The position numbers and the translations under genes are program-made. From positions 2,943 to 66,942 of the forward strand of contig PKEY01000074.1 of NCBI GenBank assembly GCA_002919265.1: a DNA stretch of 64,000 nucleotides. Reading direction: 5' to 3'. Below, piece by piece: positions 18,045 through 27,915 of the stretch (positions are counted from its first letter, which is position 1; each line of letters opens with the position of its first letter). The notes under the pieces were generated by a model, which was given only the letters and a program-made list of their open reading frames with translations, ran no database searches and was not told the origin of the DNA. The DNA comes from Hyphomicrobiaceae bacterium. Its GTDB lineage: Bacteria > Pseudomonadota > Alphaproteobacteria > Rhizobiales > Hyphomicrobiaceae.

Positions 18045-18179
18045 TCGTTTTAGCGTTTGGAACCTGTAGCGGGCACTTTCGGCCGGTGGCGAGATGTTGC
18101 CGCCGATTGTTGGCAGCGTTATTCCATCCAAGGTGAAGCCGCCTAACTCGAATTCAGCCGACCGGCCGCGGCGGATGGA

Positions 18180-19466
18180 ATGACCGGAAAAATCCTCAAC
18201 GACTGCTTCCAGCCTTTTGAGCAGCGTATGCGCCATGCGGAGGCTATTGCGCTGCTTCGCTCCCGTATCGCGCCGATCGCTTCCGTCGAGCAGGTGCCGC
18301 TTGAGCAGGCGCTCGGGCGCATTATTGCGGAGCCTATTGTATCGCCGCGCCCCGTACCTGCGCACACGAATGCTGCCGTCGACGGGTATGCTTTCGCCCA
18401 CGAAAGCTATGATCGTGCCAGTGGCACCACCTTTGTGATCGCCGCACGGGCTGCGGCCGGCCACCCGGTCGGCGAGCCGCCTGCGGGAACGGCGGTGCGC
18501 ATCTTCACCGGTGCCGTGATGCCGGCTGGCTTCGATACCGTCGCGATGCAGGAGGACTGCGAGGTCCTGCCAGCGGAGGCGGGTGCAAAAGTCAGAGTGC
18601 GTATCCCCGGTGGGCTAAAGCAGGGTGCCAACGTTCGGCTTGCTGGCGAGGACGTTGCGGTTGGCGAGACGCTGTTCACGCCCGGGCACATTCTCCGGCC
18701 TCAGGATCTTGCCGCGCTCACCTCTATCGGCCTCGACAAGGTGAGCTGCTTCGCGCCGCTCCGGCTCGCCATCGTTTCAACGGGGGACGAGATCGTCCGT
18801 CCGGGCGCGGGTGAGTTGGGGCCAGGGCAGGTTTTCGATGCCAACGCGCCAATGCTGGTCGGGCTCAGCAAGCTCGCTGGCTGTATCACGGAAGATCTTG
18901 GGATTTGGCCAGACGATGCCGCGGAAGTGCGACGTCGGCTGGCGGAGGCAGCGCAATCCTTCGACGTCGTCCTGACCTCCGGCGGCGCGAGCCGCGGCGA
19001 GGAAGATCACATGGGGGCGGCGCTGGCAGCGCTGGGCACGCGCCATTTCTGGTCGCTCGCCATCAAGCCCGGCCGTCCCATGATGTTCGGGCAGATCGGG
19101 AAAAGCATCGTCGTCGGCCTGCCCGGCAACCCCGTGGCCGTGTTCGTCTGCTTCCTGATGTACGTTTGGCCTATGCTGCGTCGCCTATCGGGTGCGGTCT
19201 GGCCGGAGCCGCGGCGGCTTCCCATGAAGGCTGCCTTTGACTTCCCGAACCGCAAGACCGGACGGCGCGAATTTTGGCGCGGCTTCTTTGTCGAAACTCC
19301 GGAGGGCCTGGCCGTCGACAAATTCAAGCGAGACGGCTCCGGGTTAATCACCGGGCTCAGGCAAGCCGACGGTATTATCGATATCCCGGAGGACGTTGCC
19401 GAGGTGAAACGCGGCGATACGGTGGCCTTCATCCCCTTCACCGAGTTCGGTATTCTCAACCGGTGA
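18180..19466 (+). CDS. moeA: Molybdopterin molybdotransferase MoeA
   Basis: 428 aa. Typical MoeA stretches: VPAHTNAAVDGYAF, RIFTGAVMPAGFDTV, VSTGDEIV, DVVLTSGGASRGEEDH, LAIKPGRPMMFG, GLPGNPVA. Confidence 0.9.
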   Translation: MTGKILNDCFQPFEQRMRHAEAIALLRSRIAPIASVEQVPLEQALGRIIAEPIVSPRPVPAHTNAAVDGYAFAHESYDRASGTTFVIAARAAAGHPVGEPPAGTAVRIFTGAVMPAGFDTVAMQEDCEVLPAEAGAKVRVRIPGGLKQGANVRLAGEDVAVGETLFTPGHILRPQDLAALTSIGLDKVSCFAPLRLAIVSTGDEIVRPGAGELGPGQVFDANAPMLVGLSKLAGCITEDLGIWPDDAAEVRRRLAEAAQSFDVVLTSGGASRGEEDHMGAALAALGTRHFWSLAIKPGRPMMFGQIGKSIVVGLPGNPVAVFVCFLMYVWPMLRRLSGAVWPEPRRLPMKAAFDFPNRKTGRREFWRGFFVETPEGLAVDKFKRDGSGLITGLRQADGIIDIPEDVAEVKRGDTVAFIPFTEFGILNR

Positions 19467-19641
19467 TTGATGACGCCGCAGTGACGTTACTGCGGCAAAC
19501 GTGTGCACCGAGCTAATTCTGATCCACAGGTGAACCACACAATCATCAATCATTAACCGCGATCCTTCTTTAATCGAGGGACAGTCAGCACGTAATCGGC
19601 AGTCCGCTGGCCCTCCGGTGCACGCCAAAAGAGGATCGTCC

Positions 19642-20259
19642 ATGTCTCGCCCATCCGCTCCTCAATTCACATTTGTCAGACGTGAAGAGAAGGAATTCAG
19701 GATCAGAGAACTCGTGGTCCGCCACCTGCAGCGACAGGCTGCGGATAGCTTCCAGGGTGTCGGCGAAAAGACATGCTTGATGATCGCTCGCTCCGCCGAC
19801 AGTCCGATGGCGAAGACGGTGCTATCGCTCGGCGCCTCCGGCGCCCTGAGGGGTTATTCCGTGCGCGCGATTTTCGGCTTCCTTGGTACGGCCGAAACCG
19901 TGAAGATCGCGGAGGCTTGCCGGGCTTCCGCCTGGTCGCTGCAAGTGCGCTGGGCACGTGATTTGCGGCTCCTCGAAGCCCACGAGCAGCTTGTTTTGGG
20001 CACGGAGACGAGCTGGTACGGCGACAGCATGCGCCGGGATCCGTCGATTCGTGATGCCTGCGAGCTGTACGCGCCCGAATGCCCGGTGACGGCCCGCCGT
20101 TCAATCCAGTTCTTCGAGAATTTATGGCGCGCTTCCGAGCCGGTTTTCGAGCGCACGCTCGTGCCGACGAACGAGCTGCCGGACCCGGCGCTCATCCCTT
20201 CAATTACCGAGCTTTCTTCGCGGTTTTCCGCGAAGTGCAGGGTCCGGACATCCGCATGA
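19642..20259 (+). CDS. Hypothetical protein (205 aa from the ATG at 19642)
   Basis: ATG lies 7 nt after AAGAGGA. No motif recognised. Codon composition looks native. Confidence 0.5.
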   Translation: MSRPSAPQFTFVRREEKEFRIRELVVRHLQRQAADSFQGVGEKTCLMIARSADSPMAKTVLSLGASGALRGYSVRAIFGFLGTAETVKIAEACRASAWSLQVRWARDLRLLEAHEQLVLGTETSWYGDSMRRDPSIRDACELYAPECPVTARRSIQFFENLWRASEPVFERTLVPTNELPDPALIPSITELSSRFSAKCRVRTSA

Positions 20260-20417
20260 GGCGTGTTCGCCGGGCAGCGGAAAGCTGACAGGCGCTGCCT
20301 GGCGAATTCCCGGTAAAGACATCAATTCGCCGGCAAGTAGCCTCTATTCCGCAGCACCATTCTGAGCGAGTGTAGAGTGTCGCCTGCCCCCATGGTGTTG
20401 ATGGGGCACTGGCTCGC

Positions 20418-23400
20418 TTGAGGTGTGCCATGTTCGGATGCCTGCGCCTTGCCTTCGCAGCACTCGTCCTCCTCGCTCTCCTGCCTTCCAGCTCATTCGC
20501 TCAAACTTTTTTTGCGCACGCGGGCATTGCTCGCGAAGCCGAGCGCCTGGAGGCGAGCCTTGCCGCCTTGTCACCGAGGCGTCCTGCAGCTGATCTTATG
20601 AATGCCGGGCGCGCGGCTTTGACCACGCAGAACGACCCGAGGACGGCAACGCGGGCCTTCAAGGCAGCAGCGGCAAGAGACGGGCAGAATGCGGAAGCTT
20701 GGCTCCTGCTTGCGCGGTCGCTGCTCGATACGACGCCTGATCCCAACCGTCCGGCTGAGCGGTATGAGTTGCCGGCGCAGGCCAGCGCAGCGGCCTATCT
20801 GGCCTATCAGCGCTCCACCGACAACACCTTGAAAGCGCGTGCGCTTTCCATTCTCGGAGAGGCCCTGGAACGCCGATCTTTCTGGCGTCCGGCAATCGAG
20901 GCCCTGAAAACCAGCCTCGCCCTCGTCGAAGACACATCCGTACGCGAACGCTACGAGAGGTTACGCAGCGAGTACGGTTTCCGCATCCTCGATTACACGG
21001 TCGAACAGGATTCCTCGGTTCCTCGGGCTTGCGTGCAGTTCTCTGAACCGTTGGCGCGCGGCCAGGACCTGACGCAGTTCGTTGCCGTTGACGGCAAGGA
21101 TGCACAAGCGTTGGTCATCGAAAACCAGCAGCTCTGCATTGAAGGTCTCTCCCACGGCAAGAATTACAACCTGCTCATCCGTGCCGGTTTGCCATCCACC
21201 GTCGGAGAGACATTGGAGAAGCCGGCTGAACTTGCCGTCTACGTGCGCGACCGCACACCATCCGTGCGGTTCGTCGGCCGCAGTTACGTTCTGCCGAGCC
21301 GCGGGCAGTCCGGAATTCCTGTCGTTTCGGTCAACACCGAGAAGATCGCGATTGAAATTTTCCGCATTGGCGATCGCAGTTTGGCCCAAACCATAAACAG
21401 CGGCGATCTCCAACGTCAGCTCTGGCCCTATGAAGTCGAGCAAATGCGCCAGACGACGGCGGCGCGCGTCTATGCTGGCGAGCTGGCGGCGAAAATGCGC
21501 CTCAATGAAGAGGTCACCACCGCCATTCCCATCGGCGAGGCGGTGCCGGAGCTGAAGCCCGGTGTGTACGCGATGATCGCGTCGCCCGCGGAAAAGCTGA
21601 ACGACTACAGCGCCTACGCGACGCAATGGTTCATCGTCTCGGACATCGGGCTTGCCACGTTCACGGGTGAGGATGGCGTTCACGTCTTCGCCCGTTCGCT
21701 CGCGACGACGCAGCCGCTTGCGGACGTCACCGTCAAGCTCGTCGCGCGAAACAACGAGGTTCTCGGCGAGGCGCGGACCGATGCAAGCGGCTACGCTCAC
21801 TTCGAGGCCGGTCTGGCGCGTGGCGAAGGCGGCATGGCGCCGGCGCTGGTTTCGGCCGAAAGGGAGACCGATTTCGCCTTCCTGGATCTGACGGCCGCTT
21901 CGTTCGATCTCTCCGATCGCGGTGTGAAGGGTCGGGAATCACCAGGCCCGATCGATGGCTTCCTTTTCACGGAGCGGGGTGTCTACAAGCCCGGTGAGAC
22001 AGTCCACCTGACGGCACTCATCCGCGATCGAGACGCCAAGGCGATGTCGGTTCCGGCCACCTTGATCGTCAGCCGGCCGGATGGCGTCGAGCATACCCGC
22101 ATTGCTCTGACCAATGGTGAGCTGGGCGGCCATACCACGTCACTGCCGCTCGCCACATCGGCCATGACTGGGACGTGGCGCGCCAGGCTTCATACCGACC
22201 CCAAGGCCGATCCGCTCGCGACCGTGGCTTTCCTTGTCGAGGACTTCGTCCCCGAGCGAATGGATCTCGAAATCGAGCCGGGTGCAAAAGCTCTGGCCCC
22301 AGAGGAGACGGCTACCGTGAAGGTCGCCGGTCGGTACCTCTATGGTGCGCCGGCCGCGAACCTAGCCATCGAAGGCGACATCGTCGTCAAGCCGGCAAAG
22401 GATGGCTTGCCCGGTTGGGCGGGCTATTACTTCGGGCTTGCCGACGAGTCCGTGGAGCCCGTCCGTTCCCCGATTGAAAACCTTCCCACCACCGATGCCG
22501 AAGGCCGGGCCGAGCTTAGCGTCGTGCTGCCGCCTATTCCGCGCACGGGCCGTCCACTGGAGGCCGACCTTCTTCTGCGCCTGCGCGAACCCGGCGGCCG
22601 GACGATTGAACGGATCGCAACGCTGCCCGTGGACCTACGCGGCCCGCGGATTGGCCTCAAGCCGATGTTCCGGGACCTGCAGCTCAGCGAGGACAGCACA
22701 GCCGATTTCGAACTCGTCTATCTCGATGCGAATGGCCAGCGGGCATCATTGCTAGGCGCAAAGTGGGAGCTCGTGCGCCTGGAGCAGCGCTGGCAGTGGT
22801 ACAGCCGCGACGGCTACTGGACTTACGAGCCCTTTACGCTCACGCGGAAGGTGGCGAGCGGGACGGTCGACATCGGAGCGGATGCGCCGGCCCGCGTCGC
22901 CGTGAATGTCGAGTGGGGCCGCTATCGGCTGGAAGTAACGAGCCCGGAGCAAGGTGGTCCGGTTTCCAGTGTCGTCTTCTCAGCGGGATGGTATGCCGAT
23001 CGGGACGCCGACAGTCCCGAGATGCTGGAGGTCGCGCTCGACAAGCCGACCTACAACGCGGGCGAGGTGGCCAAGCTCAAGATTGTTGATCGGCTAGGCG
23101 GCCGGGCGCTCGTTGCGGTCCTGCGCGAAGGTTTGCTCACCAGCCAGGAGGTCGAGTTGCCGGCCGGCGGTGGGGAAGTCGCGATCCCTGTCAAGGAAAC
23201 ATGGGGGCCCGGCGCCTATGTGGCTGCCATGCTGTATCGTCCGATGGACGAGCGTGCGAAACGAATGCCGAGCCGGGCGATTGGGCTCAAATGGCTGCCC
23301 ATCGACCAGAGCGCGCGCACGCTGAAGGTCGCAGTGGAAGCTCCGGAGCAGGTTCGCTCGGGTACGCTGTTGACGGTGCCAGTCCAGCTCGATGGCCTCG

Positions 23401-25682
23401 CCGCAGGTGAGGAAGCGCGGGTGACGGTTGCCGCTGTCGACCTCGGCATCCTGAACCTTACGCGGTTCGCGCCGCCGGCGCTCGAGGAGTGGTTTTACGG
23501 TCAGCGCCGGCTTGGGGCTGAGCTGCGCGATTTCTATGGCCGGCTGATCGACGGTATGCGCGCGGAACGGGGCCCCCTCAGGTCTGGCGGCGATGCCGAC
23601 GCCGGCCTGTCCATGCAAGGCAGCCCGCAGAATGAAGCCACTCTTGCGCTGTTCTCCGGCATTGTTCGTGTTGGCGCGGATGGGCGTGCCGTCGTCGAAT
23701 TCGAGCTGCCGGACTTCAATGGCACCGTCCGGCTGATGGCAGTCGCCTGGAGCGGCGACAAGGTCGGGCATGGCTCGGCCGACATCATCATTCGCGATCC
23801 GGTGGCCGTGCTGGCCTCGGCCCCTAGGTTCCTGACGCTTGGCGATGAGACCCGGCTCGAGATCGATCTGCACAACGTCGAGGGCGTGACGGGAACTCTC
23901 AATTTGACGGTGGAGCAGGAGGGTCCGTCCGGGGAGCAGTTATCGGTCCATCAACGCGACCTGACGCTCGCTCCCAACGAACGCAGGGCTGAGCGCATCA
24001 CGATCAAGCCGGATCGGATAGGACGGTTTGCGTATCACATCGCCGTCACCGGTCCCGGCGATCTCGATGTGCGCAGGCGGGTGAGTTTCGAGGTGAAGCC
24101 GCCGGCGACCGACATCCGCCGCGTCACAGTGAGCGAGCTTGCACCGGGCGGCACAATTACGCTCGGGCCGGCGCTTCTGACGGACCTTATCGCGGAAACC
24201 GCGCGGGTTTCGGTCAGCGTAGGGCCGGCTGCCCGCCTAGACGTGCCGGGACTGCTGACACAACTCGATCGCTACCCGTACGGCTGCGCCGAGCAGGTGA
24301 CGAGCCGTGCACTGCCGCTGCTCTACGCCAACGAGCTTGCGGTCAGCGCGGGCCTGCCGCGTGACGCCGAGCTCAGGGAGCGGATCGAGAAGGCGATTGC
24401 CCGCGTGTTCGAGATGCAGGACGCCTCCGGCGCCTTCGGCGCCTGGGGCCCGTTCAGCAGCGGTGACATGTGGCTCACGAGCTATGTTACCGAGTTTCTG
24501 ACCCGCGCCCGCGAACAAGGCTTTGCGGTCAAGCCCGAGGTGTTCTCGCTCGCGCTGGACCGGCTGCAGAACTTCATCAGCTATGCGCAGGATTTCGAAC
24601 GGGGCGGTGAAGCGCAGGCTTATGCGCTCTACGTTCTGGCCCGCAATGGGCGTGCTCCGATCGGAGAGGTTCGCTACTACGCGGACACGCGTCTCGATCG
24701 GTTCGCGACGCCGCTTGCGAAAGCACACCTTGCGGCGGCGCTTGCCATGCTGGGGGACAAGGAGCGCGCCGAGGCAGTGTTCCGCCGGGCGATCGCTTCC
24801 GCGAGCGAGCCCGACAATCCTACGCGCAATGATTACGGCTCAACGCTGAGGGACCAGGCCGCCTTGGTGACGCTCGCTTCAGAAACGAGGACGGCGCAGG
24901 ACCTCGTGCGGCAGCTCGCCGTCAGTCTGCCACCGGCCTATGAGTCGCGTTCGCATACGTCGACCCAGGAGCAGTCCTGGCTGCTGCTCGCCGCGCGGGC
25001 GCTGATGGATCAGGCGCGCGGGACGACGCTAACCGTGAATGGTGCTTCCCATAAGGGCACCTACAACTTGTCTCTGACGGATGCGGATCTCCGGGCAGGC
25101 GATGTCGTCATCCGAAACGATGGCGACGGGCCTGTCGATGCCGTCATCTCCGTCCTCGGAGCCTCTACAACTGCGGAACCGCCGATCGAACGCAACCTGA
25201 AGGTCGAACGTGCGTTCTACACGCTCGAGGGCCAGCCGGTTGCGTTCGACAGCGCCACTGGGGGCACTGGCCAGCTTCAGCAGACGGACCGTCTCGTTGT
25301 CGTGCTCAAGGTTGAGGCGTCCATTGGCGGTCGGCTGTTGTTGGTGGACCGGTTGCCTGCGGGCCTCGAAATCGAAAACCCACGGCTCGTCGAGAGCGGC
25401 GATCTGAGGAATTTCTCGTGGCTGAATACGACCATTCGTCCGGAGCATACGGAGTTCAGGGACGATCGGTTCGTAGCGGCGTTCGACCTGACCGAGAAGG
25501 AAGGTGAAGGTGATGAGAGCGCCCGGAAGGCGGGGTCGAAGACCATGACTGTGGCGTACGTCGTGCGCGCGGTGACGCCGGGCACTTACGTGCATCCGGC
25601 TGCAACAGTTGAGGACATGTACCAGCCCGAGCGGTTCGCACGCACGGCGCAGGGCAAACTGGTGGTTTTGGCAAAACAGTGA
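20418..25682 (+). CDS. yfhM: Bacterial alpha-2-macroglobulin family protein (1754 aa) with a thioester motif
   Basis: Signal peptide ...LLPSSSFA/QT. Thioester-type motif YPYGCAEQ (CAEQ at 24285..24296). Size and the immediately downstream pbpC match the known A2M-PBP1C operon. Confidence 0.9.
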   Translation: MRCAMFGCLRLAFAALVLLALLPSSSFAQTFFAHAGIAREAERLEASLAALSPRRPAADLMNAGRAALTTQNDPRTATRAFKAAAARDGQNAEAWLLLARSLLDTTPDPNRPAERYELPAQASAAAYLAYQRSTDNTLKARALSILGEALERRSFWRPAIEALKTSLALVEDTSVRERYERLRSEYGFRILDYTVEQDSSVPRACVQFSEPLARGQDLTQFVAVDGKDAQALVIENQQLCIEGLSHGKNYNLLIRAGLPSTVGETLEKPAELAVYVRDRTPSVRFVGRSYVLPSRGQSGIPVVSVNTEKIAIEIFRIGDRSLAQTINSGDLQRQLWPYEVEQMRQTTAARVYAGELAAKMRLNEEVTTAIPIGEAVPELKPGVYAMIASPAEKLNDYSAYATQWFIVSDIGLATFTGEDGVHVFARSLATTQPLADVTVKLVARNNEVLGEARTDASGYAHFEAGLARGEGGMAPALVSAERETDFAFLDLTAASFDLSDRGVKGRESPGPIDGFLFTERGVYKPGETVHLTALIRDRDAKAMSVPATLIVSRPDGVEHTRIALTNGELGGHTTSLPLATSAMTGTWRARLHTDPKADPLATVAFLVEDFVPERMDLEIEPGAKALAPEETATVKVAGRYLYGAPAANLAIEGDIVVKPAKDGLPGWAGYYFGLADESVEPVRSPIENLPTTDAEGRAELSVVLPPIPRTGRPLEADLLLRLREPGGRTIERIATLPVDLRGPRIGLKPMFRDLQLSEDSTADFELVYLDANGQRASLLGAKWELVRLEQRWQWYSRDGYWTYEPFTLTRKVASGTVDIGADAPARVAVNVEWGRYRLEVTSPEQGGPVSSVVFSAGWYADRDADSPEMLEVALDKPTYNAGEVAKLKIVDRLGGRALVAVLREGLLTSQEVELPAGGGEVAIPVKETWGPGAYVAAMLYRPMDERAKRMPSRAIGLKWLPIDQSARTLKVAVEAPEQVRSGTLLTVPVQLDGLAAGEEARVTVAAVDLGILNLTRFAPPALEEWFYGQRRLGAELRDFYGRLIDGMRAERGPLRSGGDADAGLSMQGSPQNEATLALFSGIVRVGADGRAVVEFELPDFNGTVRLMAVAWSGDKVGHGSADIIIRDPVAVLASAPRFLTLGDETRLEIDLHNVEGVTGTLNLTVEQEGPSGEQLSVHQRDLTLAPNERRAERITIKPDRIGRFAYHIAVTGPGDLDVRRRVSFEVKPPATDIRRVTVSELAPGGTITLGPALLTDLIAETARVSVSVGPAARLDVPGLLTQLDRYPYGCAEQVTSRALPLLYANELAVSAGLPRDAELRERIEKAIARVFEMQDASGAFGAWGPFSSGDMWLTSYVTEFLTRAREQGFAVKPEVFSLALDRLQNFISYAQDFERGGEAQAYALYVLARNGRAPIGEVRYYADTRLDRFATPLAKAHLAAALAMLGDKERAEAVFRRAIASASEPDNPTRNDYGSTLRDQAALVTLASETRTAQDLVRQLAVSLPPAYESRSHTSTQEQSWLLLAARALMDQARGTTLTVNGASHKGTYNLSLTDADLRAGDVVIRNDGDGPVDAVISVLGASTTAEPPIERNLKVERAFYTLEGQPVAFDSATGGTGQLQQTDRLVVVLKVEASIGGRLLLVDRLPAGLEIENPRLVESGDLRNFSWLNTTIRPEHTEFRDDRFVAAFDLTEKEGEGDESARKAGSKTMTVAYVVRAVTPGTYVHPAATVEDMYQPERFARTAQGKLVVLAKQ

Positions 25683-27802
25683 GCCTCGGGAGCGTAATTC
25701 TCGGGGGGACAAGAAGGCCGGGGCGCTGGCTCATGGCGGCGCTCTGTTTTCCGATTGCGTTGGGGTTTGCCGTCTACGGAGCAGTTCGACTCACGGAAAG
25801 TGCCATCGGGCCGCCACCACTTGAAGTGGCCGAGAAGCTTTCCGTCACCGTTCTCGACCGGAATGGCGATCTTCTGCGGGCGTTCACCACGCCCGAGGGC
25901 CGATGGCGGTTGCCGGTGGACGTGAAGGACGTCGACCCGCGCTATATCTCGATGCTGCTCGCCTACGAGGATCGCCGCTACTACGAGCATGGCGGTATCG
26001 ATCTGTTCGCGGTGCTTCGGGCCAGTTATCAGTTCATCCGCCATGGACGGATCGTCTCGGGCGCGTCGACGATCACCATGCAGGTGGCGCGCTTGCTCGA
26101 TGGCAAGCATGAGCGGACGCTCGCTGGAAAGTGGCGCCAGGCCGTCCGCGCGCTCCAGCTCGAATCGCAGCTCACGAAGGATGAGATCCTGAATTTGTAT
26201 CTCAGGCTAGCGCCCTTCGGAGGGAATCTCGAAGGCGTCCGCGCGGCATCGCTGGCCTATTTTGGCAAGGAGCCGCGGCGGCTTTCGATAGGTGAGGCGG
26301 CTCTGCTGGTTGCGCTGCCGCAGTCACCAGAAACGCGGCGACCGGACCGTCATCCGGATACAGCGCGCTGGGCGCGGGATCGCGTGCTCGACCGGATGGT
26401 GGAGGCCGGCGTCATCACGGAAGCAGAGGCCGGGCGCGCCCGGGCTGAACCGGTGCCGACGGCGCGGCGCGAGTTTCCCCGATTTGCTCCGCACATCTCC
26501 GAAACGGAGGCCCAGCTCTTCCCGTGGCGGTCCATCCATCGGCTGACGATCCTGCGCGATTTGCAGGCACAGCTTGAAACACTAGCGTTTGAGCACGCGC
26601 GGCGACTCGGCCGCAGGCTGTCGGCGGCAATCATCGTCCTGCACAACAGCTCGGGCGAGGTGCTGGCCCACGTGGGTTCGTCGGACTATCTCGACGCCTC
26701 CCGCCAGGGCGCCATCGATATGACTGGCGCGATCCGCTCGCCCGGCTCCACGCTCAAGCCCATCATTTACGGGCTTGCTTTCGAGGCGGGACTCGCCCAT
26801 CCGGAAACCCTCATCGACGACGGCCCGACGCGCTTTGGGCTCTACGCGCCCAAGAATTTCGACGAGGACTATCGCGGTTCGGTGACGATCCGCGAGGCGC
26901 TGCAGCACTCCCTCAACGTTCCGGCGGTAAAGGCGCTTAATGCGGTCGGACCGGCGCGACTGGTCTCGCGGCTTCAACGGGCGGATTTCAGGCCGGAGCT
27001 TCCGGCGCATGAAACACCGGGCCTAGCCATCGCCCTTGGTGGGATCGGGTTGAGCCTGCGGGATTTGGCGAGCCTTTACTCTGCGCTCGCGCGCGGGGGC
27101 GACGTCATTCCCCTGAGGTATCGTTTGGAAAACCATCTGAGAAACACGGCGCAAGGCGCGCAGCCGAAACGACTGCTCTCACCCGTTGCAGCCTGGTATG
27201 TGAGCGATATTCTGAAGGATGCTCCGGCTCCGGAAGGGGCAATCGGTGGCAGGTTCGCCTACAAGACCGGCACGTCCTACGGCTATCGCGACGCGTGGGC
27301 GATTGGCTACGACGGGACGCATACGGTGGCGGTCTGGGTTGGCCGTCCCGACGGCAGCTCGACGCTGGGGCTCACGGGGCGTACAGCTGCAGCGCCGCTG
27401 CTGTTCGATGCCTTCCGCCGACTGGGGCCAGAACGCGCGGCGCTTCCCAAGCCACCGCCCGGCGTGCTGAATGTCCATGGCTCCGCCCTTCCGCCTCCCC
27501 TCAAACGCTTTGCCGAGCCTGGGGAGCAGCAGGCCGAAGCCGGGCCGTACAGAGAACCGCCTGTGCTCATCGCATTTCCACCAGACCGATCTGATCTGGA
27601 TCTTTCTGAAGCCGATGATCTCATTGTGTTAAAAGCGGAGGGCGGCGCGCTGCCTCTGACGTGGATGGTCAACGGCGCGCCGATCCCCTCCGATCCGCAT
27701 CGGCGCGAGGTCGTCTGGCAGCCCGACGGGCGCGGCTTCGTAAAGCTCACCGTGACTGACGCCAAAGGGCGGGTCGACCGCGTGAGCGTCCGCCTCCGCT
27801 GA
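25679..27802 (+). CDS. pbpC: Penicillin-binding protein 1C (bifunctional glycosyltransferase/transpeptidase)
   Basis: GT51 motifs AYEDRRYYEHGGID and GASTITMQVARL. Transpeptidase motifs SPGSTLKP (SxxK), SLN and KTGTS. GTGA start/stop overlap with the A2M gene. Confidence 0.9.
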   Translation: MSLGSVILGGTRRPGRWLMAALCFPIALGFAVYGAVRLTESAIGPPPLEVAEKLSVTVLDRNGDLLRAFTTPEGRWRLPVDVKDVDPRYISMLLAYEDRRYYEHGGIDLFAVLRASYQFIRHGRIVSGASTITMQVARLLDGKHERTLAGKWRQAVRALQLESQLTKDEILNLYLRLAPFGGNLEGVRAASLAYFGKEPRRLSIGEAALLVALPQSPETRRPDRHPDTARWARDRVLDRMVEAGVITEAEAGRARAEPVPTARREFPRFAPHISETEAQLFPWRSIHRLTILRDLQAQLETLAFEHARRLGRRLSAAIIVLHNSSGEVLAHVGSSDYLDASRQGAIDMTGAIRSPGSTLKPIIYGLAFEAGLAHPETLIDDGPTRFGLYAPKNFDEDYRGSVTIREALQHSLNVPAVKALNAVGPARLVSRLQRADFRPELPAHETPGLAIALGGIGLSLRDLASLYSALARGGDVIPLRYRLENHLRNTAQGAQPKRLLSPVAAWYVSDILKDAPAPEGAIGGRFAYKTGTSYGYRDAWAIGYDGTHTVAVWVGRPDGSSTLGLTGRTAAAPLLFDAFRRLGPERAALPKPPPGVLNVHGSALPPPLKRFAEPGEQQAEAGPYREPPVLIAFPPDRSDLDLSEADDLIVLKAEGGALPLTWMVNGAPIPSDPHRREVVWQPDGRGFVKLTVTDAKGRVDRVSVRLR

Positions 27803-27915
27803 TCGGCGAGAAAGGTTGCGTGGAAACACTACCGGGTGAAAACCCGTAGGGCATCTCTGGCCACTTGCGCCCGGCCAAGGTAGGCTCTCGCGCAGGGACG
27901 TTGCGAGAAAGGCCG

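Noticed and set aside
17830-18179. Possible Moco riboswitch upstream of moeA
   Set aside because: I cannot reconstruct the conserved Moco-motif helices or core from memory in this sequence. An Infernal/Rfam scan is needed, so no call is made.
17832-18464. 210-aa minus-strand ORF
   Set aside because: It overlaps the 5' end of moeA by 285 nt. It has no motif and a poor start context, so it is probably spurious.
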